Translations under genes and position numbers: made by a program | Notes under the pieces: generated by a model | The model's database searches: none | What the model saw: only the letters and a program-made list of their open reading frames with translations | Told to the model about the DNA's origin: nothing | Shown: positions 51,138 through 55,882 of the stretch, one piece after another | Position numbering within the stretch: the stretch's first letter is position 1 | Layout of the letters: each line of letters starts with the position of its first letter | Origin: a virus | Taxonomy: Duplodnaviria; Caudoviricetes | Virus record (IMG/VR): IMGVR_UViG_3300007363_000002 | Coordinates: 1 to 55,882 of that record | Strand: one strand, 5' to 3' | DNA: 55,882 nt

Positions 51138-53198
51138 CTAAATGCAAAAAATTACATGTCCGTTCTTTATTTCGATCAGCGGGTCTTTGCGCTTGGCCAG
51201 CGACTGGATCGCACGGTCCAGATCGCGGCGGCGCAGGTCGCGCTTCGGTGCCTCTGGCTTGGTCATGGCGGCCAGACACTTGTCGAACAGCTCGCTCAGA
51301 GGTGCGCGCTCAACACCCTCGTACTCGCTCTCAATGATCTCAAGCACGTGACGCTCCTTCGGACCAAAGCGCTGGGCCTTGGTGCCGACTTCGACAAGTA
51401 CCGGCGACGGCACGTCAGCCTCAACGGCAACGCAGCTCGTGATGGGGTCGCCGTCAAGATCCGCGCCGACGACAATGGTCTCCAGACGGAAGCCCCACTT
51501 CAGCCCGTCGTCGCCGTCCTTCATCTTCGTGATGCGCAGCTCGCGGGTGCCGTTCTCGTACTTCAAAACTTCAAGCTCGGCGTCGGCCGCCGCGCGCTTG
51601 CCCGACCAGCCGCGCACGCCCTTCGACGCGTCCTTGCCGCTGTGGTCGACCATGATGATCGTTGCGCCCGTGGCTGTCTCCAGCGCACGCGCGTTGGCCA
51701 GCGCCAGACCGACGTCCTCGGAGCTGTTCTCGTTCGCCCCCGGCGTGACCTGCGCCATCGTGTCGACGATGATGACGTCAGCGCCGCCGGACGCGGCGAC
51801 GGCCGCAGCCAGTTCGGTCACGTCCTCGGACAGCAGGAAGTTCGGCGGCACGGTCAGCAGGCCGATGTCCGCGTCGTTCGGGTCGATCTTGTGATGCTTC
51901 AGGTACGCCTTCAGGCGCTTGCTCATGCCCTTGCCGCCCTCGGCGGCGATGATCAGCACGCGGCCCTTCTTTACGCGGTTGCCGCGCCACTGGACGCCCA
52001 TCGCGATGGCGTAGGCTAAGTCGATGGCCACGAAGGTCTTGCCGGAGCCTGACGCGCCGAAGAGCACGATCAGCCCAGCGTCGGGCAGCACGTTCTTGAT
52101 CAGCCAGCCGCCCGGTTCCAGCATGATACTAACCGACAGTGACGTGATTGGGAAGCGGCCGTTGTAATCTTCGGGCGTGAACATACCCAATGCAGGCGTG
52201 GCGGCAACCGCGCTCATTGCTGTGCGCAAGTCGTCAACAGTTGCCGCCAAGGTGGGGCGCGGGGTGGGCGCGCCTGCCTCCTTTGCCATCTTGAGAACGG
52301 ACGCCATGGTCACCTGACGGTGGCCCGAACCCTTGCGGCGTTCGAAGCTGTCCCACTGTGTCCGTAAACCTTCTTCGCTCGGATACTTCGATCCGTTCTC
52401 CGACCAGTCGTTCCAGATCTCGAAGCCTGTGTCGTCGCCGTCGCACTCGTGGTGCAGGGCCATGCCGACCCTGATCCAGTCCTCACGCGACATGTCCGCG
52501 TCGAGCACGGACAGCAGCTCCTCCATCTGGGAGACGGTCAGGCCAATCTTCGGCTCGCGGCCGACCATGAAGTCGTCGGGGTCAGCCTCGCGCTGTTGCG
52601 TCGGGGAAAAGCGCGCCGCGCAGAGCGGGGCGACCAGCGTGTCCAGATTGGCCACGGTGTCCTCAAGGCCGAGCAGGTCGGTGTAGGGCATGGCGTTGCC
52701 GGTGAAGGTCACGAAGCCGGAGCTGGTGAACGTCTCGAAGCCGTAGTCGTTGCCCTCGGTCGGCGACTTGCGATTGCCGTAAGAGCCACGCACGAAGGCA
52801 CGGATGCCCTTACCGCTGGGTGAGTACTCGGCGTAGGTCTGGCTGGCGATCTGCTCGATCTCTGGCGGCAGCTTGCCCTGCGCGTCGACGCAGTTGTCGA
52901 AGTCGAGGGCCGTGATGCCGAACTCGGGCATGAGCGCCAGACCGACGCCGGTGAAGCCACGCCGAGCGGCCGCGTCACGCGCAGCGGCGAAGGTGGTCAT
53001 GCGCCCACGGTCGTCAATGCCGCCCTGCTTGCCGTGGCGCTTACCGCCGTCGGCATAGTAGGGCACCTTCAGCGGCTTGCCGTTGGGGTTTTCGGCGTCT
53101 GGTTCGAACCGCCAAATCAGCCAGCCCTGTAGCTCCCGCAGCTCGGCGGGTGCCAACACGGACGCGTTGTGCGGTGTAATCGGCTGTACGTTGCCCAT
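51138..53198 (-). CDS. Primase-helicase (prim-pol + PriCT-2 + AAA_25/RepA-like)
   Basis: LDFD, EYSPSGKGIR, WIRVGMALH..WNDWS..KY..W.SF, GASGSGKT, IIVDT, DHSGK..RGWS. Confidence 0.88.
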   Translation of the reverse strand: MGNVQPITPHNASVLAPAELRELQGWLIWRFEPDAENPNGKPLKVPYYADGGKRHGKQGGIDDRGRMTTFAAARDAAARRGFTGVGLALMPEFGITALDFDNCVDAQGKLPPEIEQIASQTYAEYSPSGKGIRAFVRGSYGNRKSPTEGNDYGFETFTSSGFVTFTGNAMPYTDLLGLEDTVANLDTLVAPLCAARFSPTQQREADPDDFMVGREPKIGLTVSQMEELLSVLDADMSREDWIRVGMALHHECDGDDTGFEIWNDWSENGSKYPSEEGLRTQWDSFERRKGSGHRQVTMASVLKMAKEAGAPTPRPTLAATVDDLRTAMSAVAATPALGMFTPEDYNGRFPITSLSVSIMLEPGGWLIKNVLPDAGLIVLFGASGSGKTFVAIDLAYAIAMGVQWRGNRVKKGRVLIIAAEGGKGMSKRLKAYLKHHKIDPNDADIGLLTVPPNFLLSEDVTELAAAVAASGGADVIIVDTMAQVTPGANENSSEDVGLALANARALETATGATIIMVDHSGKDASKGVRGWSGKRAAADAELEVLKYENGTRELRITKMKDGDDGLKWGFRLETIVVGADLDGDPITSCVAVEADVPSPVLVEVGTKAQRFGPKERHVLEIIESEYEGVERAPLSELFDKCLAAMTKPEAPKRDLRRRDLDRAIQSLAKRKDPLIEIKNGHVIFCI

Positions 53199-53223
53199 GG
53201 GCGGTCCCTCTTCGCTCACGGTT

Positions 53224-53430
53224 TTAATTGGATGTAAAGAGAGCGGCAAGCTCTGGCTTGAACAAATCTGCGCGTGGGATCTCAAACATTTTCTCAATCT
53301 CCAATGCGCGCTGGGCTGGCACCCAACCCTTGCGCAGCCAGACGTACACCGCCTGATGCGATACGCCAAGTTTTTCCGCGAGCGGATTTGCGCCGCCCGC
53401 GATGTCGATGGCTCTTTGGATGCCTGTCAT
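53224..53430 (-). CDS. Cro/YdaS-like transcriptional regulator
   Basis: AIDIAGGANPLAEKLGVSHQAVYVW..VP..IE..R.DLFKP. Confidence 0.8.
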   Translation of the reverse strand: MTGIQRAIDIAGGANPLAEKLGVSHQAVYVWLRKGWVPAQRALEIEKMFEIPRADLFKPELAALFTSN

Positions 53431-53441
53431 TTCAATCTCCA

Positions 53442-53648
53442 TTACGCGGCCAGCTTCTTGCCGATGCGCTGCTCAACGGCGTGCCGCAGCATGAGGGGCG
53501 ACGTGATCCATATCTTGGCCTCGACGCGGTAGCGCTGTGTGAGGCCGCTCAGTTCCTGATCGGCCTGCCGAAGTTGGGCGGCCAGACGGTCGCGCTTGAC
53601 CAGAGCCTTGCGCGCGTCGGACAGGATGGTGTCGAGTGTGTCGGTCAC
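53442..53648 (-). CDS. Hypothetical protein
   Basis: GGAG SD; GTGA coupling. Confidence 0.6.
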   Translation of the reverse strand: MTDTLDTILSDARKALVKRDRLAAQLRQADQELSGLTQRYRVEAKIWITSPLMLRHAVEQRIGKKLAA

Positions 53649-53827
53649 TGGAACGTCTCCCCCTCGCGGCCAATGCGGCCGGTCTTCGGGTTGCGAAAGT
53701 GGCCTTGCGCAATCTTCGCGTTGGCGGCGTCAAGATCTTCGTAAAGGTCGCTAATGCGCGCGGCTTGGTACGCAATTACGATCTTTGCGCGGCGCAGTGC
53801 GCCCCATGGGTTGATAATGTCCAGCAC
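53645..53827 (-). CDS. Hypothetical protein with an RNPKTGR motif
   Basis: GTG start after GGAGG; NPW..coiled coil, resembling 5973-6158. Confidence 0.55.
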   Translation of the reverse strand: MLDIINPWGALRRAKIVIAYQAARISDLYEDLDAANAKIAQGHFRNPKTGRIGREGETFQ

Positions 53828-53828
53828 G

Positions 53829-53915
53829 TCAGTTTCCCTCCACTGTGTGATAAATAGTCCAAACGGCAAATGCGAATGCCGCGATAAACGCGATGTTTAA
53901 AAGTGTGTGTAGCAT
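53829..53915 (-). CDS. 28-aa single-transmembrane peptide (not in ORF track)
   Basis: MLHTLLNIAFIAAFAFAVWTIYHTVEGN; GAGGGG SD. Confidence 0.5.
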   Translation of the reverse strand: MLHTLLNIAFIAAFAFAVWTIYHTVEGN

Positions 53916-53928
53916 GGTCTGTCCCCTC

Positions 53929-54093
53929 TCAATGCGTCGTGCCGTGCGGGTCGTTGGCGACATTGATCACCGCCTGCTGTATGGCCTCTTGGATGGTGAT
54001 TAGATCCTCGCTCTCGGCGACGATGTATGACGCTTCCGTGAGGATCTCGGCCAATATGGCGTTGGCGGCTTCGATGATTTCTTTTTCGTCCAT
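53929..54093 (-). CDS. Small acidic protein
   Basis: ATG 54093 after a promoter-leader cassette. Confidence 0.6.
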   Translation of the reverse strand: MDEKEIIEAANAILAEILTEASYIVAESEDLITIQEAIQQAVINVANDPHGTTH

Positions 54094-54150
54094 GTGTGTA
54101 TCCCTTCGTTGTTGGTCCGTCTGCAATACACAAGTTGATTGCGGATACAA
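54094..54150 (-). promoter_or_regulatory. Promoter with conserved leader/RBS
   Basis: TTGTAT-N16-TATTGC, then GGACCAACAACGAAGGGATACACACATG. Confidence 0.6.
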
Positions 54151-54154
54151 CCCC

Positions 54155-54382
54155 CTAGGGTAAAATAATTGATGACTTCGGCTGCGGGGCCTCTCCGCGA
54201 TGCAGATTGTCCTCAAGGCTCTCGATGATGCCGCCCACGAAGCCGCTGGCGAAGCGCAGGGTGCCGATGTCCGCAGGCCCAGCGGTGCGGGCAGCGACGT
54301 CTATGCCGCTCTGCATCGTTGTCAGCATCTCAATGACGGCGGCCTTCTCGGCCTCGACGGCGGCGGTTATCTTCTTACTCAT
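54155..54382 (-). CDS. Hypothetical protein
   Basis: ATGA coupling; ends SSIILP. Confidence 0.6.
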   Translation of the reverse strand: MSKKITAAVEAEKAAVIEMLTTMQSGIDVAARTAGPADIGTLRFASGFVGGIIESLEDNLHRGEAPQPKSSIILP

Positions 54383-54684
54383 TTCGATAGGTTCCAATCT
54401 GATAAGCGCAGCCTGCGCGGTGGTTCGTTGCGGACGCGCTGCGCGGTGATGCCCACGAACTTGACGCTGTGGGCGTACTCAATGGCGGCCGTCTGCTGCT
54501 CCTGCGTCATGGGGCCGTGCGTCTTGCCGGTGGCCAAGATCGCGGCGCACAGGTTCTTCGACCCGAAGAAGGCGTCGTCGATGATGTGGCGGGTCTTGGG
54601 GTCGATGCCAATCGGCGACGTGTCAACGTTGCTGGACGGCGTCTTGTCTTTCCTTTCGGCGGGTGAGATCTGGCGCTTACGCAT
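54379..54684 (-). CDS. Hypothetical protein
   Basis: Operon packing; GAGG SD. Confidence 0.55.
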   Translation of the reverse strand: MRKRQISPAERKDKTPSSNVDTSPIGIDPKTRHIIDDAFFGSKNLCAAILATGKTHGPMTQEQQTAAIEYAHSVKFVGITAQRVRNEPPRRLRLSDWNLSK

Positions 54685-55189
54685 CGAGGTGCGCCTCGAT
54701 GAACTCTTCGACCGTGGGCTGGTTGTGCCACTCTTCGAAGTCGTCGCAGTCCTCGCTGCGGTAATCGTTCCAGCGGTCGGCGAGATACTCGTCGCGGATC
54801 AGCTCCAGCTTGGCTTCGTGCTCAAGCGAGAACTCGTCTTCCGTGCGGAAGTGCGCAAGGATCTGCGGAAGCAGTGCCGTTACGCGTTCGTCTTTGGTCC
54901 AGTTAATCATTTTGTCATCCTTTTCTTGTTGGTCCAGTGGCCTTACAAGCAGTTGGTTGCACGTGTCAACAGGTTTATTTAACGCGTGGACGATTGTGCT
55001 GTGATCGCGGTCCATCACCCGGCCGATCTCGGTGGTTGAGTAGCCCTTCTCCCGGAGCATCAGGACGCACAGGCGGCGCACAGCCACCACGCGCTTGAGC
55101 CGCGACTTGCCGAGCATGTCGGCGGCCGTGTAGCCGTACTGCTTCGCGATGGCGTCGACGGCCTCTAGGTTCTTTTCCCGTGGTGTCAT
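54677..55189 (-). CDS. DnaA C-terminal-like HTH protein, in frame with a downstream acidic domain (internal start at 54910)
   Basis: MLGKSR..VVAVRR..YSTTEIGRVMDRDHSTIVHA matches the DnaA domain IV pattern. Confidence 0.7.
   Translation of the reverse strand: MTPREKNLEAVDAIAKQYGYTAADMLGKSRLKRVVAVRRLCVLMLREKGYSTTEIGRVMDRDHSTIVHALNKPVDTCNQLLVRPLDQQEKDDKMINWTKDERVTALLPQILAHFRTEDEFSLEHEAKLELIRDEYLADRWNDYRSEDCDDFEEWHNQPTVEEFIEAHLDA
54911..54969 (-). promoter_or_regulatory. Promoter with conserved leader/RBS, embedded in a coding frame
   Basis: TTGACA-N18-TAAGGC, then GGACCAACAAGAAAAGGATGACAAAATG. Confidence 0.6.
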
Positions 55190-55302
55190 GTCAGTCTTTC
55201 CTGTACTTTTCCGCACTTCGTGCATCTGCGCCTATGGTACGGAACCCAGCCCAACAGATATGGCGGCGTCCATTTCGACCATTTGTGGAACCAACAGGTC
55301 AT
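55186..55302 (-). CDS. 38-aa Cys/His Zn-binding peptide (not in ORF track)
   Basis: MTCWFHKWSKW...RCTKCGKVQERLT; ATGA overlaps on both sides. Confidence 0.6.
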   Translation of the reverse strand: MTCWFHKWSKWTPPYLLGWVPYHRRRCTKCGKVQERLT

Positions 55303-55778
55303 TTGCTTTGTTCCAGTGCCGCGATGGCCTTGGCCTCGGCCAGATCAAGGGCGGGCCACGGGTACACCCGTCCGCTGTCCCGGCGGACAGTTTCAGCGAA
55401 CCCAGTCTGACCGCAAACGGCGTGGAGCATGTCCACCAAAGCATCACGCAGCGCATCGTGCTGCACAATAGGGTTTGCGCAGCCCTCGTAATAGCCCCGG
55501 AGACGCTCCGCCAGTGCTTCAACACGCAGGGTTTCGATCTCCCTGAGCAGGGTGTCTACTTCGTTCACATGCTCGTTCGCTATCGACATTTGGCGTTCAA
55601 GGTCATGGCGTAGCTGCTTGTTCTCGGCTTGCAGGCGTTCAATGATGTCAGCGGCTTCGTCACAGTTGCAGTTCTCGGTGGTGCAACAATACTTTGTCCG
55701 CAATCGCTCAAGAATATCCGTCAAAGGCTGTCCACCGGAGCGGCTGCCGTCTGTGTGAATGCGTCCGTATTCAGTCAT
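55299..55778 (-). CDS. Coiled-coil hypothetical protein
   Basis: Starts MTEYGRIH; DILERLR..EAADIIERL motif common in phages. Confidence 0.7.
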   Translation of the reverse strand: MTEYGRIHTDGSRSGGQPLTDILERLRTKYCCTTENCNCDEAADIIERLQAENKQLRHDLERQMSIANEHVNEVDTLLREIETLRVEALAERLRGYYEGCANPIVQHDALRDALVDMLHAVCGQTGFAETVRRDSGRVYPWPALDLAEAKAIAALEQSK

Positions 55779-55882
55779 TTCACCAATTCCAGATATTTGA
55801 GTTCGAGGGAGCATATGGCTTTCAATGCCACAGCTTGTTCAATCGTCCGCGTAAACTGCCCATCTTCATCCGTGTCGTGCCG
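55763..55882. repeat. Terminal direct repeat, right copy
   Basis: Identical to 1-120. Confidence 0.95.

Noticed and set aside
55763-55882. 120-bp terminal repeat as a biological direct terminal repeat
   Set aside because: It falls mid-gene and has an assembler-like length; it is best explained as the overlap of a circular contig.
1-55882. Alternative genetic code or stop-codon reassignment
   Set aside because: Core genes are full length under the standard code and use TAA, TGA and TAG stops.

Overview
The window is an apparently complete, circularly assembled tailed-phage genome of about 55,762 bp; bases 1-120 recur at 55763-55882. It has podovirus-like architecture, and a GapR-like gene points to an alphaproteobacterial host. 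The + strand (4.3-41.9 kb) carries the packaging, head, tail, lysis and ejection genes: TerS, TerL, portal, GroES-like co-chaperonin, scaffold, major capsid, adaptor and stabilisation proteins, fibres, endolysin/holin/Rz/Rz1 and internal virion proteins. The - strand (41.9-55.8 kb, continuing through 1-4.0 kb) carries the replication genes (SNF2-like helicase, VRR-NUC, family A DNA polymerase, DUF2815 SSB, DUF2800 nuclease, primase-helicase) and many small early genes. I found no integrase, tRNA, CRISPR array or reverse transcriptase. The main finding is a 271-aa intein in the TerL Walker B motif that has no in-frame endonuclease. Instead, a complete HNH plus Zn-ribbon endonuclease gene with its own Shine-Dalgarno site is nested inside it in a different reading frame. 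The second is a double-hairpin element at 47342-47470 whose exposed loop is antisense to a leader/RBS motif shared by at least six early promoter-leader cassettes, suggesting a multi-target antisense RNA switch. All family assignments come from motif recognition by eye, not from database searches.
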